Below, in pieces: positions 28,388 to 38,118 of a DNA stretch of 64,000 nt. The notes beneath the pieces were generated by a model. The model had not been told where the DNA came from. It saw only the letters and a list, made by a program, of their open reading frames with translations, and searched no databases. A program made the translations under genes and the position numbers. The DNA comes from Chthoniobacterales bacterium (GTDB lineage Bacteria > Verrucomicrobiota > Verrucomicrobiia > Chthoniobacterales > DYNR01), in assembly GCA_026418675.1 (NCBI GenBank), contig JAOAAX010000002.1, forward strand, positions 12,719 through 76,718, written 5' to 3'. The first letter of the stretch is position 1; each line of letters starts with the position of its first letter.

Positions 28388-29161
28388 TTAGCGAATAATT
28401 CCGCGCTGACTGGACTCGATAAAATGTAGGAGAGCAGAGATTTCTGGGGTTTGTTCCAATTCGTCTCGGATTCGCTCCAATGCCTGAGAGACATTGAGGT
28501 TAGCCCGATATAAGAGGCGATAGGCCTCACGGAGTAAGCGTATTTTATCGTCAGGGAAACCAGCACGTTCTAAGCCGACAAGATTGACTCCTCGAATTTG
28601 TGCCGGGTTGCCGTCAGCAATGAAGAAGGGAGGGACGTCCTGGACGATTTTGGTGCAGCCTCCAATAATAGCATGTTGGCCAATGCGGCAAAATTGGTGA
28701 ACACCACTAAGCCCTCCAATTATTGCGTAGTCCTCCACAATTACGTGTCCTGCAATTGTGCCATTGTTCGAGAAAATGACATGGTTGCCTACAATGCAAT
28801 CGTGGGCAATATGAGAATAGGCAAGAAAATTGTTATCGGAACCAACAATGGTGAATAAACCCGGAGAGGTGGCGCGGTTGACAGTGCAGGATTCGCGGAA
28901 CGTGTTGCGCGAACCAATCCGGAGGTAAGTTGGTTCGCCTTTGTATTTTAAATCCTGAGAGCGGTGACCAATAGAACAGAAGGGATAAAAAAGATTTTCT
29001 TCTCCGATTTCAGTTGGACCGGATATGTGGACATGAGAAATAAGGCGGCAAGCTCGCCCTAGTGTTACATTGGCTTCGATTATGCAATAGGGACCAATGT
29101 CGCAGTCCTCGCCAATATTGGCACTTGGACTGACAATAGCAGTAGGGTGTATGGATGTCAT
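28388..29161 (-). CDS. lpxA: Acyl-ACP--UDP-N-acetylglucosamine O-acyltransferase
   Basis: MTSIHPTAIV begins hexapeptide (LbH) repeats, followed by a C-terminal helical domain. The start overlaps the lpxC-fabZ stop (ATGA). Confidence 0.92.
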   Translation of the reverse strand: MTSIHPTAIVSPSANIGEDCDIGPYCIIEANVTLGRACRLISHVHISGPTEIGEENLFYPFCSIGHRSQDLKYKGEPTYLRIGSRNTFRESCTVNRATSPGLFTIVGSDNNFLAYSHIAHDCIVGNHVIFSNNGTIAGHVIVEDYAIIGGLSGVHQFCRIGQHAIIGGCTKIVQDVPPFFIADGNPAQIRGVNLVGLERAGFPDDKIRLLREAYRLLYRANLNVSQALERIRDELEQTPEISALLHFIESSQRGIIR

Positions 29162-30462
29162 TTATTGACGATTCCGAAGAGCAGGACTGCTTCTGATACG
29201 ACGTTTCCATTGACAACACAGCGGCACTGGGCTTTGCCAAGGTTTTTTTTGGCTTTCATCATTTCAACATGGATAAACAGTGTATCACCAGGGAAGACAG
29301 GGCGGCGGAATTTGACTTCGTCGGCGCTCATGAAATACCCAATTTTCCCCTCGTTTTCGGTTCGGCGCATCATGACAATACTTGCTACTTGGGCCATTGC
29401 TTCAAGTTGAAGCACACCGGGCATAACAGGATGTCCCGGGAAGTGACCTTGAAAATAAGGTTCATTAATCGTTACGCATTTGACGCCAATTGCACTAAGC
29501 TCATTGGGCATTTCAACAATTCTGTCAACCATCAGGAAGGGGTAACGATGGGGAAGGGTAGCAAGGATCTCCTCAATACCCATAACTTGACTTGTAGCTG
29601 TTACAGGACGAGGAGCCATCGAGATAAGCTCTTCATAGCGTTTTTGGATAGCTTTAGCTAATTCGGTATTGATGGCATGCCCAGGACGAATTGCCACGAT
29701 GTGACCGCGAAGTCTCCTACCAGCTAGAGCTAAGTCACCTATGATGTCCAAAATTTTGTGGCGAACAAATTCATCTGAATAGCGGAGGGGCTCCTTACTA
29801 AGAATTTGGTTGCCTCGAATAACTATTGCATTTTCCAGGCTTCCGCCCTTGATGAGACCTTTGTCCATTAAGGGTTTCACCTCTTCGTAATAAACGAAGG
29901 TTCGGGCGGCGGAGATTTCTTTTTCGTAGATATCTGGCGTAATTTCAAAAGTGGCAAATTGCGGAAATTTCCCCTCTGGGCCAACTTGAGTGCACGAAAT
30001 TCGAAAATGGTTGTCCGGGAGAATACCAATTAGAGAAGAATTTTTGTTTTCGAGAAAAATAGTTTCAGGAGGCTCAAAGGTTGAACGTGGCGCGTCTAAT
30101 TCAACAATACCGGCTTTTTTAATGAGCTGAACAAAAGGGAAAGCACTTCCGTCGCAGATTGGTGGTTCATTGGCATCCATTTCAATTAAAGCATTATCAA
30201 CTCCCATTCCGGATAAGGCTGAGAGGATGTGCTCGACGGTGTGGATTTTCGCTGTGCCTTGAACAATCGTCGTTGCCCGTTCGACTTGGCGGACGTTGTT
30301 AGCAAGTGCTTCGAGAATTGGTTCGTCGGGTAAGTCGCGGCGGAGGAATTTGTAGCCGTGGTTGGCGGGAGCGGGGTGCAAAGTGAGCGAGACTTTTTCT
30401 CCGGTATGGAGGGATGTTCCTTCAAGTGAGACAGGGGTGGCTAATGTAGTTTGCTTTTCCAC
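29158..30462 (-). CDS. lpxC: Bifunctional UDP-3-O-acyl-GlcNAc deacetylase / 3-hydroxyacyl-ACP dehydratase (LpxC-FabZ fusion)
   Basis: The N-terminal LpxC part has GTSLHTGEKV, TVEHILSAL and HKILDIIGDL. The C-terminal FabZ hot-dog part has LPHRYPFLMVDRI and FQGHFPGHPVMPGVL. The gene has a GTG start and encodes 434 aa in one frame. Confidence 0.92.
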   Translation of the reverse strand: MEKQTTLATPVSLEGTSLHTGEKVSLTLHPAPANHGYKFLRRDLPDEPILEALANNVRQVERATTIVQGTAKIHTVEHILSALSGMGVDNALIEMDANEPPICDGSAFPFVQLIKKAGIVELDAPRSTFEPPETIFLENKNSSLIGILPDNHFRISCTQVGPEGKFPQFATFEITPDIYEKEISAARTFVYYEEVKPLMDKGLIKGGSLENAIVIRGNQILSKEPLRYSDEFVRHKILDIIGDLALAGRRLRGHIVAIRPGHAINTELAKAIQKRYEELISMAPRPVTATSQVMGIEEILATLPHRYPFLMVDRIVEMPNELSAIGVKCVTINEPYFQGHFPGHPVMPGVLQLEAMAQVASIVMMRRTENEGKIGYFMSADEVKFRRPVFPGDTLFIHVEMMKAKKNLGKAQCRCVVNGNVVSEAVLLFGIVNK

Positions 30463-30550
30463 TTTTCGGATATAAAGGTGTGTTTTATTTGAGAATTATT
30501 AAAGATATTGAATGTTACGTAAGAGGACTTTTATGGAAAGAAAGTTTAGT

Positions 30551-30578
30551 AAAAAAAAAGCGGGGAAAACTTCCCCGC
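30551..30578 (-). terminator. Rho-independent terminator
   Basis: An 8-bp stem, gcggggaa (30560-67), pairs with ttccccgc (30571-78) across a 3-nt loop. On the - strand it is followed by T9 (complement of a9 at 30551-59). It lies 28 nt after the stop of the 30606-31460 gene. Confidence 0.85.
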
Positions 30579-30605
30579 TCTTTCTAATATAGTTATGTAA
30601 TTGTT

Positions 30606-31460
30606 TTATCCGCCGTAAGGACCTGGATTAACAGGATTTACAGGATTAGTGAATTGGCTACCACTCGAGATTGTTCCAGAATTGGTCGCACCCGTTGACT
30701 GAATAGCATCTTGAGCAGTTTGTTGTTGTTGTTGTTCGAAGGTGGTAAGCGCTTGCTGGACTGTGGTAACTGCTGGAGTAGCTTGCAAAGCTTGCGCTAA
30801 GGTTTGAATCCCTTGGCTTGCGTTTTGTTGGGCTGCTTGTTGAAATTGAGTTGCTTGTTGAGGAGCAACAGTTACTGCCGTGATAACGTTTGCTGCCAGT
30901 AGCTGGGCATCAATAGCTGTGACAGAAGCAGGATTTGTTTCTGCAGCAATTTGGCGTAGGGCTGCCACGGTTTGAGCACGTTCTACCACCGTTGGCGCCA
31001 CTTGAGCTGCTGTTACAATAAGTGCTGCAATAACCGGTGGTGGAGTATTTCCCTCTTGGCCCAAATTTTGGACGGTTGCTTTGATTGCTGCAATTTGCTG
31101 GGCTGGAGGAGCACCAATACTTGCGAGAAATTGAGTGGCTGCAACTGCTGCTGCTTGAGCAACAACTGGTGATGGGTTAGCCTGAATAATTTGTGTTACC
31201 ACTTGTGCGACAGCTTCTGGGGTAGGATTACCACCGACTTGTTGAGCAATCTGGCCTGCAATTTGTTGAACCAAAGCTGGATCGACTTGCTGAGCCGAGA
31301 CTGAATCAGCAACAACCAATACTTGGTTATTTCCTCTCGTTCCAACTACACGGTTGGTGTCGACATTTTCTTGCCGCGCACCTCTACGCTCCTGAGCTAT
31401 GCCTAGTGTTGCTGTTAGAGCAACCAAAACCAAAACTGGTAGAGTATCTTTTATTTTCAT
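30606..31460 (-). CDS. Secreted Ala/Gln-rich, Pro-punctuated helical-repeat protein of unknown function
   Basis: The signal peptide is MKIKDTLPVLVLVALTATLGIAQ. About 8 irregular 20-30-aa segments each begin with Pro/Asn-Pro (e.g. NPTPEAVAQVVTQIIQA, NPSPVVAQAAAVAATQFL, PPAQQIAAIKATVQNL). The protein has a Q5 run and a Gly/Pro/Asn tail, and the gene has its own terminator and an AT-rich upstream region. Confidence 0.7.
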   Translation of the reverse strand: MKIKDTLPVLVLVALTATLGIAQERRGARQENVDTNRVVGTRGNNQVLVVADSVSAQQVDPALVQQIAGQIAQQVGGNPTPEAVAQVVTQIIQANPSPVVAQAAAVAATQFLASIGAPPAQQIAAIKATVQNLGQEGNTPPPVIAALIVTAAQVAPTVVERAQTVAALRQIAAETNPASVTAIDAQLLAANVITAVTVAPQQATQFQQAAQQNASQGIQTLAQALQATPAVTTVQQALTTFEQQQQQTAQDAIQSTGATNSGTISSGSQFTNPVNPVNPGPYGG

Positions 31461-31631
31461 ATTAGGTATTTTTTTTGTTCAAAAACAAATTATCGGTGCG
31501 TTTTTAACAAAGTCAATAGTTTTTATTGAAAATATTGAAAAAATTGAACTATAGAAAAAATTTAGGATGACGAAATCCACATTTTTTTTCTTGGCAACGT
31601 TCAGAATTTTGGGCAAAGTGCTCTTTTGCAT

Positions 31632-32873
31632 ATGGGTAAATTTTTCATCTCTTTTATTTGTCTCTTGAGTGTAGCAGTTTCTCTAGGTGGCTGCAAAAAA
31701 AAGGAACCTGCGGAAACTAAAACGCAAAGCATAAGGGAGGGAATTCAAGCAACGTCAGAGCAAAATTTTACACAATCCTCTCCAACACCACAGTATTCTA
31801 ACACTCCGCAACAGCAGGCATCCATTGCTGAAAACCAACCGCAAGCTCCTAAAACGATAGATTTGCCCGATCCTGTAGCTGTAGTGAATGGTGTGGCTAT
31901 TTCCCGAGCAGAATTTGAGAAATTGCTTGCAGAAGTTTTCCAATCCATGGGGATTCAGCAAAACATGCTACCGGCTGAGCAAATGCCGCTTCTCTACCGT
32001 CAATTTGCTGAGGATTTAGTGATTGACAAGCTCATTGATTTGGCTTCTGCGAATGTTACCGTTACGCCTGAAGAAGTCGACAAAGAGGTTGCTGATATCG
32101 TTGAGCAGTATGGTTCCCAGGAGCGGCTTGTTGAGGAGCTCAAGGCAACAAATCAAACGTTGGATGACTTTAAGAAAAGATTAACAAAAATTCTTCGTCA
32201 GAGGAAATTTATGTCTCAGCAGGCTGGCAAATTAGAGGAAGTTTCAGAATCAGAAATACGTTCTTTTTACGAAAAGAACAAATCAGAATTTGAGCAACCG
32301 GAGGTAGTGCGGGCGAGCCATATTCTAATTCGTGTGGATGAAGGTGCTGATGAAGCAACGGTTGAAGCAAAGAAAAAGCAGGCGGAAGAAATTGCACAGA
32401 AAGCAAAGGCTGGCGAAGATTTTGGAAAACTTGCTGAGCAATACTCAGAGGACCCCAGCGCCAAACACAACGCAGGTGATCTAAATTACTTCCCCCGTGA
32501 AAGGATGGTGCCGCAATTTTCAGAGGCAGCTTTTAGCCAGGAAGTCAACACAGTGAGTGATCCTGTGAGGACTCCATTTGGCTGGCACATAATAAAAGTT
32601 ACAGATAAGAAGCCAGCGCAAACACTACCTTATGAGCAAGTAAGGAATGATATTGCAGAGTATCTGAAGGAGAGCCGAACTCAGCAAGCCAACAACCGGA
32701 TTATACAGAAACTTCGCTCTGAAGCAGACATTCAGATATTCATTCCGATACCTTCGGATTCCTCTTTGGTCGAAACGGTCGAGCCCAAAGAGGATGCCAA
32801 GAAGGACGAAACGAATCAGCCCCAAAAACAAGACCAAGAGAGTGGCGTTAAGCCTGATGCCAACGCTCCCTGA
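31632..32873 (+). CDS. Parvulin-type peptidyl-prolyl isomerase lipoprotein (PrsA/SurA-like)
   Basis: The lipobox is LLSVAVSLGGC. A SurA-like N-terminal chaperone region is followed by the parvulin core RASHILI....DLNYF.R..M...F...AF......SDPVRTPFGWHIIKV. Confidence 0.85.
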   Translation: MGKFFISFICLLSVAVSLGGCKKKEPAETKTQSIREGIQATSEQNFTQSSPTPQYSNTPQQQASIAENQPQAPKTIDLPDPVAVVNGVAISRAEFEKLLAEVFQSMGIQQNMLPAEQMPLLYRQFAEDLVIDKLIDLASANVTVTPEEVDKEVADIVEQYGSQERLVEELKATNQTLDDFKKRLTKILRQRKFMSQQAGKLEEVSESEIRSFYEKNKSEFEQPEVVRASHILIRVDEGADEATVEAKKKQAEEIAQKAKAGEDFGKLAEQYSEDPSAKHNAGDLNYFPRERMVPQFSEAAFSQEVNTVSDPVRTPFGWHIIKVTDKKPAQTLPYEQVRNDIAEYLKESRTQQANNRIIQKLRSEADIQIFIPIPSDSSLVETVEPKEDAKKDETNQPQKQDQESGVKPDANAP

Positions 32874-33726
32874 GAATGAAGTAGCGGTCTTGGGTTTAGG
32901 GATTATTGGATCGAGAATAGCTCGAAATCTTTCGCGGCTTGGACTCAAGGTTTGGGTTTGGAACCGAACCCCGAAGGTTGTTCCACAATTTGTAGGGACG
33001 GCTCGAGCTGCGGCAGAGCGAGCAAGGGTTCTGTATTTTTTTTTGAAAAACGGGCCTGCGCTGCTTGAAACGTTGGAAGATGTGCGTGAGAGTTTAACGC
33101 CTCGGCATTTTGTAATTAGCCACGTAACGTGTTTGCCAAGTGAGAGTCTTGCTGCAGCTAGGCTAGTTGAAGGAGCGGGCGCAAATTTTCTTGAAGCTCC
33201 TTTTACTGGAAGTCGCGACGCAGCGGAGCAAGGTAAGCTTGTTTACTATGTTGGGGGAGAGGAGAGAGTAATTGAGCAAGGCCGTCCCTACTTGCAACCT
33301 ACAGCCGAATGTATTCTGCACATTGGAAAAACTGGTTCGGCTAGTCTTTTAAAAATTGCAACAAATCTCATATCGGCATCGGTTGTCTCTGCTGGAGCAG
33401 AGGCTTTGGCGTTAATCCTTGCCGGTGGGATTAGCGGAGAAAAATTTCTTGAAGCATTGGAGCATAATGTCAATTTTTCACCGCTTCTAAAGATTAAACT
33501 GCAAGCGATGCTGCGTTCAGATTTCGAAGCACGTTTTTCTTTAGCCAATATGGAAAAAGATATCGGACTTGCTGATCAACTTTTCAATTTTTATTCGATA
33601 CCTGGTCGCCAAGCAAAAGCTTTTCTGGACTTGGCAGCGGAAGCATCAAAAAGAGGGCTGCAAAAAATGGATTTTTCGGTCATTTTTGAGCTTCTAAGGA
33701 CAGTTCCACCAGACTCTTCTGTTTAG
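32857..33726 (+). CDS. NAD(P)-dependent beta-hydroxyacid dehydrogenase family protein (3-hydroxyisobutyrate/6-phosphogluconate dehydrogenase-like)
   Basis: The Rossmann motif VAVLGLGIIGSRIARNL is present, and the protein is collinear with the HIBADH family. The ATG at 32857 overlaps the end of the PPIase gene. Confidence 0.7.
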   Translation: MPTLPENEVAVLGLGIIGSRIARNLSRLGLKVWVWNRTPKVVPQFVGTARAAAERARVLYFFLKNGPALLETLEDVRESLTPRHFVISHVTCLPSESLAAARLVEGAGANFLEAPFTGSRDAAEQGKLVYYVGGEERVIEQGRPYLQPTAECILHIGKTGSASLLKIATNLISASVVSAGAEALALILAGGISGEKFLEALEHNVNFSPLLKIKLQAMLRSDFEARFSLANMEKDIGLADQLFNFYSIPGRQAKAFLDLAAEASKRGLQKMDFSVIFELLRTVPPDSSV

Positions 33727-34412
33727 GGCTGATGATTTTCGCTGTAACCAGGTTTCTGAGGTTTATCTTCGCCCCACAAAAGAAGCAACCCTTCAGCTAG
33801 TTCTTGTTTGCCAGGAAAGGCGAGAGGTTCATTGTCTTCGGAAGATAAAAGAAGGAATTGGTGTCCAATGGCAGGTCCATTAACGACACAAGAATCTACT
33901 TTATATTTTTTTATCTGTTTGCGGCCTTCCTGAATTGCGATTTGGACGTCACCATCTACTTCGTATTTCCACGAGCAAATTGTTGCTTTTGGAAAAAGTT
34001 CACGCAATTTTGGAAGAATTTTTATAGCGGAACGGAAATGGATTACTATATCCGTAAAGTGACTTTTTAGCTTTCCTAATTCCTTCCCTGCAGGGAGGGG
34101 CTTACCGTCCGCAATCACAAGAGTAGGGGTAAAGTCTGCTAGTGCTGCGGTGTGGAGAATTAGGTCGAATTCATGAGCATGGGAGCAAATTTTTTCGAGC
34201 AAGTCGTAATTTGTCTGGAAAGGTATTATGGTGTTTACGTTTTTTGGAGGGGGGTGAGTGCTTTGCGTCCCACGAAAGCACAGGACCTCATGGCCAGCGT
34301 TGGCGAATGTTTCCGCTAAGATTGTTCCTAATTCTCCAGAAGACAGATTTGATATATGTCTTACGGCATCAATTGGCTCAGCGGATGGGCCGAAAGTAAT
34401 CAAAACTTTCAT
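33723..34412 (-). CDS. coaB: Phosphopantothenate--cysteine ligase (monofunctional CoaB-like)
   Basis: The DFP-domain pattern is ITFGPSAEPIDAVRHISNLSSGELG...AALADF. Its stop codon overlaps the stop of the convergent gene at 33723-33726. Confidence 0.72.
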   Translation of the reverse strand: MKVLITFGPSAEPIDAVRHISNLSSGELGTILAETFANAGHEVLCFRGTQSTHPPPKNVNTIIPFQTNYDLLEKICSHAHEFDLILHTAALADFTPTLVIADGKPLPAGKELGKLKSHFTDIVIHFRSAIKILPKLRELFPKATICSWKYEVDGDVQIAIQEGRKQIKKYKVDSCVVNGPAIGHQFLLLSSEDNEPLAFPGKQELAEGLLLLWGEDKPQKPGYSENHQP

Positions 34413-34424
34413 AGATTAGCGATT

Positions 34425-35249
34425 TTAATTTTTTGCATTTGGAGATGGGCAGAAGTGGGACGTGAGCGGCTTAGGCAGAAGATAACTGGGTAGTGAATTT
34501 AAATCCACGAGGGGCAGCCAGTCGGTGGGTAGCTCTGAGATGACGTCGTAATAGATACCCTTGTGTTCGAAAGTTAAACGGAATGAGTGGAGCGCATGGC
34601 GTGGCAGTTTCAAGGAGTTTAATAAATCATTTGTTAATCCTTTTTCAAGGAAATGTAAAAACCATTCTTCTCCCCGGGCATAAACTTTGTCACCAACGAT
34701 AGGGAGGTTTGATTTAGCAAGGTGGATTCGGATTTGGTGGGTTCGTCCAGTAGTTGGAGTTGCTAGAATGAGGGAAAATTTTTCCATTTCAATTTGGAAA
34801 CAGGCGATGGTTGTAAAGAATGTGTGAGCGGGTTTCCCATTTGGGTGGAGTGTCCTGCGGAGCCAGACTTTGGATTGACCGACAGAGGAAGCTTTCAAGA
34901 TGGGGCCTTCGACTTCCCAGCGGTGTTCGGTAGGCCATCCAAAGCAGAGAGCGAGGTAATTTTTTTGGATTAGGCCATTTTGCATCGCCTGTGAGAGGCT
35001 ACTTGCGGCGTGGTGGTTTTTTGCGACTAGGAGGAGTCCGCTGGTTTCTCTATCGAGCCTATGGATGGGGGTGACGATTCCGCCAATTGTTTCTTCGTAA
35101 CAAAAGAGGGCTTTGAGGCCTTCGAGGAGGGTCGGTTCTGAATTTGGTTTTGTCGGATGAACGAGGAGGCCTGGTGGTTTTTCAATGACGGCGAAGTCTT
35201 CGGTTTCGAGGCGGATACTGAAATCGAGGGGTGGAGATGCGGCTTGCAT
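34425..35249 (-). CDS. RluA-family pseudouridine synthase
   Basis: VIEKPPGLLVHP, the catalytic HRLDRETSGLLLVAK motif and the GRTHQIR motif are present. The ATG at 35249 is preferred over the TTG at 35297. Confidence 0.85.
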   Translation of the reverse strand: MQAASPPLDFSIRLETEDFAVIEKPPGLLVHPTKPNSEPTLLEGLKALFCYEETIGGIVTPIHRLDRETSGLLLVAKNHHAASSLSQAMQNGLIQKNYLALCFGWPTEHRWEVEGPILKASSVGQSKVWLRRTLHPNGKPAHTFFTTIACFQIEMEKFSLILATPTTGRTHQIRIHLAKSNLPIVGDKVYARGEEWFLHFLEKGLTNDLLNSLKLPRHALHSFRLTFEHKGIYYDVISELPTDWLPLVDLNSLPSYLLPKPLTSHFCPSPNAKN

Positions 35250-35279
35250 CCAGGGGATCTTCGGATTGATTGTGCAAGT

Positions 35280-35960
35280 GTGATTGAATGCAAACAAGTT
35301 TTGAAGGTTTATGAAAGTGGAGAGAGTCGTGTGTTAGCTCTAGATGGAATAACATTGAGGGTGAGGGAGGGGGAAGTTGTGGCGATCTGTGGGCCCAGTG
35401 GGTGTGGTAAGAGCACCCTTTTACATATTGTTGGAGGGATTGATCGGGCTGACAGTGGAGAGGTTTGGGTTGGAGGGATGGCTCTTCACCTGGCTACGGA
35501 GAGACAACTTACAGATTTTCGGCGGAAGCAGATTGGTTTTGTCTTTCAGTTTTTTAATTTGCTGCCGACATTGACTGTGGTTGAGAACGTTGAATTGCCG
35601 TTACTACTTTCTGGTGAAAAGCCCAGGGTGGCAAGGCAGAGGGCATTAGAAGTGGTGGAATTGGTAGGTTTACAGGAGAGAGTTACATATTTTCCCCATC
35701 AACTAAGTGGAGGGCAGATGCAACGAGTAGCTATAGCGAGGGGAATAGTTCACAGGCCCCATATTTTGCTGGCGGACGAACCAACGGGCAATTTGGATTC
35801 AGCAACTTCGAGTGAAGTTTTAGAAGTAATTTTAAAAGTGGCAAGGGAAGTTGGGGCTACCGTTTTGCTCGTTACCCACAGCAAAGAAGTAGCGGCTCGG
35901 GCTGGACGAAGAGTTTGGATGCGTGACGGAAAGATTCAAGCAATTGATGCTTTTATTTGA
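35280..35960 (+). CDS. ABC transporter ATP-binding protein (LolD/MacB/YbbA-type)
   Basis: Walker A is GPSGCGKSTLL, the signature is LSGGQMQRVAIARG and Walker B is ILLADEPTGNLD. The GTG at 35280 is the only plausible in-frame start just before the conserved N-terminus. Confidence 0.88.
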   Translation: MIECKQVLKVYESGESRVLALDGITLRVREGEVVAICGPSGCGKSTLLHIVGGIDRADSGEVWVGGMALHLATERQLTDFRRKQIGFVFQFFNLLPTLTVVENVELPLLLSGEKPRVARQRALEVVELVGLQERVTYFPHQLSGGQMQRVAIARGIVHRPHILLADEPTGNLDSATSSEVLEVILKVAREVGATVLLVTHSKEVAARAGRRVWMRDGKIQAIDAFI

Positions 35961-36061
35961 AAGGTTTTTTTGCAAAAATTAAACGAGAGAGGTTGCTAGT
36001 TTCTACATGAATCCCCCCGTCTTGTAGAAAAAACACTCATAAACTCCACAATTTTAATTAC

Positions 36062-36892
36062 ATGGCCCCCAATGATTCTGAGTATGAGATAATTCGGCAA
36101 ATGGTTTACGACCGGAGCAGGATTAACCTTGGTAAGGACAAGCGGGAGCTGGTTGCAGCTCGGCTTGGGAAGCGTTTGCGGGCTCTTAATATGGATTCCT
36201 ACACGCAGTATTTGCGTTTTTTGCGGACACCGTCGGGGCAGGAGGAAATTCAAAATTTAATTGACCATATTTCGACGAATCATACTTTTTTCTTTCGGGA
36301 AATTCGTCACTTTGACTATTTGCGGGAGGAATTCTTACCGGAATTTGTTCAGAGTTGGGTGCCGAAGGGGCATCGTTGTTTGAGGGTTTGGAGTGCGGCG
36401 TGTTCATCAGGAGAGGAGCCTTACTCGATTGCGATTTGTTTGTCGGAAGCGTTACAATCGCATCCAAATGTGAATTGGGAATTGGAGGCATCCGATATTT
36501 CACGAAGAATACTTGAGAAAGCGCGAGATGGGGTCTATAGCCAAGAGCGAGTGGAAAGCCTTCCTCTCGAAACTATTAGGAAATACTTTCAAAAGGGAAT
36601 AGGTTCCTATGCGGGGCTTTATCGTGTGAAGGGAGAGATACGACAGCGAATTCGATGGCATTTACTGAATTTGTTTGATTCTTCCTGGCCATTTTCTCAA
36701 CCGTTTCACGTAATTTTTTGTAGGAATGTTATGATTTATTTTGATCGTCCTTCACAGGAGGAACTTGTGAGCCGGCTTACGCTTCATCTTCATCCTGGTG
36801 GAGTATTGATGATTGGACATTCCGAGAGTTTGAGTGGAGTGCGCCACTCGCTTAAAGCGATCCATCCTGCAATCTACCGAAAGCCGTTATGA
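36062..36892 (+). CDS. cheR: Chemotaxis protein methyltransferase CheR
   Basis: An N-terminal helical domain is followed by the SAM-binding motif VWSAACSSGEEPYSIA and by FCRNVMIYFD. Confidence 0.92.
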   Translation: MAPNDSEYEIIRQMVYDRSRINLGKDKRELVAARLGKRLRALNMDSYTQYLRFLRTPSGQEEIQNLIDHISTNHTFFFREIRHFDYLREEFLPEFVQSWVPKGHRCLRVWSAACSSGEEPYSIAICLSEALQSHPNVNWELEASDISRRILEKARDGVYSQERVESLPLETIRKYFQKGIGSYAGLYRVKGEIRQRIRWHLLNLFDSSWPFSQPFHVIFCRNVMIYFDRPSQEELVSRLTLHLHPGGVLMIGHSESLSGVRHSLKAIHPAIYRKPL

Positions 36893-38118
36893 CAGCCACT
36901 TTTGCGAAGAAAAAGATACGCGTTTTAGTAATAGACGATTCTGCGATTGTTCGAAAGTTGGCAAGTGATGCCCTAAATGCCGACCCTGAAATCGAGGTAA
37001 TTGGCACGGCTGCCGACCCGTATATAGGACGAGACAAGATTGTGGAGCTAGAGCCTGATGTAGTTACTTTGGATATTGAAATGCCGAGGATGGATGGAAT
37101 TACTTTTCTGAAAATTCTCATGAAGCACAAGCCCTTGCCTGTTGTGATCATGAGTTCGTTGAGTCAGAAAGGATCTCGGTATGCACTTGAGGCACTTGAA
37201 GCAGGGGCTGTTGACGTTTTAGCTAAGCCCGGGACTGCATATTCAGTGGGAGAGGTGGCTGGGGATTTGGTGCGTAAGGTCAAAGCTGCTTATTTGGCGA
37301 GGCATCGGATATGCAAACGTCCGTTTTTGCAGAGTTCCGATAGTTCCGATAAAAGTGAAGAGAAGAAGACGACAACTCGAATTCAACCCCTGAGTTCTTC
37401 TGGAGTGGCGGTGAGTCAGCCTACTTCCGTGGGAGGGACACGGGTGCCTCAACCGGCGCCTATGGGCGCCCAACGGGAGCGTCCCTATAAACCGCCGAAA
37501 GTTCCGACACTTCCTCCGGTTCCGTTTGATCCCGGGACGGTTATTTTACTAGGTGCGTCAACTGGAGGCACAGAAGCTCTGAAGGACGTGTTAACACAAC
37601 TTCCTGGGCAAATTCCGCCTATTTGTATAGTTCAGCATATTCCGGCATATTTTTCTGCGGCTTTTGCTGAACGACTGAATTCGCTCAGTGAGATGGAGGT
37701 TCGGGAGGCGCGCGATGGAGATGCACTGCGGCCTGGTTTAGCACTTGTAGCTCCTGGAGATTACCACATGATACTAGCTAAATCTCCAAGTGGACTGGGT
37801 TATGTGGTTCGGTTAAAGCAGGGGCCGAAGGTCTGGCATCAGCGGCCGGCAGTGGATTTGCTCTTTAAGTCAGCGGCGCCATTGCTTGGGCGTAAGGCGG
37901 TTGCTGGCTTATTGACTGGAATGGGGCAAGATGGCGCTCAGGGTTTGCTGGAGCTTCGGCAGGCTGGAGCTCGCACATTTGCGCAGGATGAAGCAACGTG
38001 TGTAGTTTTTGGTATGCCACATGCTGCGCAGAATTTAGGGGCGGCGGAGAAGATGGTGCCGTTGCCTGAAATTCCCCGCCACATTCTCTCCTTAATTTCG
38101 ATCTCCAATGCAACCTGA
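36889..38118 (+). CDS. cheB: Chemotaxis response regulator protein-glutamate methylesterase CheB (long Ser/Pro-rich interdomain linker)
   Basis: The REC domain has VLVIDDS...TLDIEMPRMDG. After a ~75-aa low-complexity linker, the esterase domain has GASTGGTEAL, VQHIP and GMGQDGA. The start overlaps the cheR stop (ATGA). Confidence 0.92.
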   Translation: MTATFAKKKIRVLVIDDSAIVRKLASDALNADPEIEVIGTAADPYIGRDKIVELEPDVVTLDIEMPRMDGITFLKILMKHKPLPVVIMSSLSQKGSRYALEALEAGAVDVLAKPGTAYSVGEVAGDLVRKVKAAYLARHRICKRPFLQSSDSSDKSEEKKTTTRIQPLSSSGVAVSQPTSVGGTRVPQPAPMGAQRERPYKPPKVPTLPPVPFDPGTVILLGASTGGTEALKDVLTQLPGQIPPICIVQHIPAYFSAAFAERLNSLSEMEVREARDGDALRPGLALVAPGDYHMILAKSPSGLGYVVRLKQGPKVWHQRPAVDLLFKSAAPLLGRKAVAGLLTGMGQDGAQGLLELRQAGARTFAQDEATCVVFGMPHAAQNLGAAEKMVPLPEIPRHILSLISISNAT

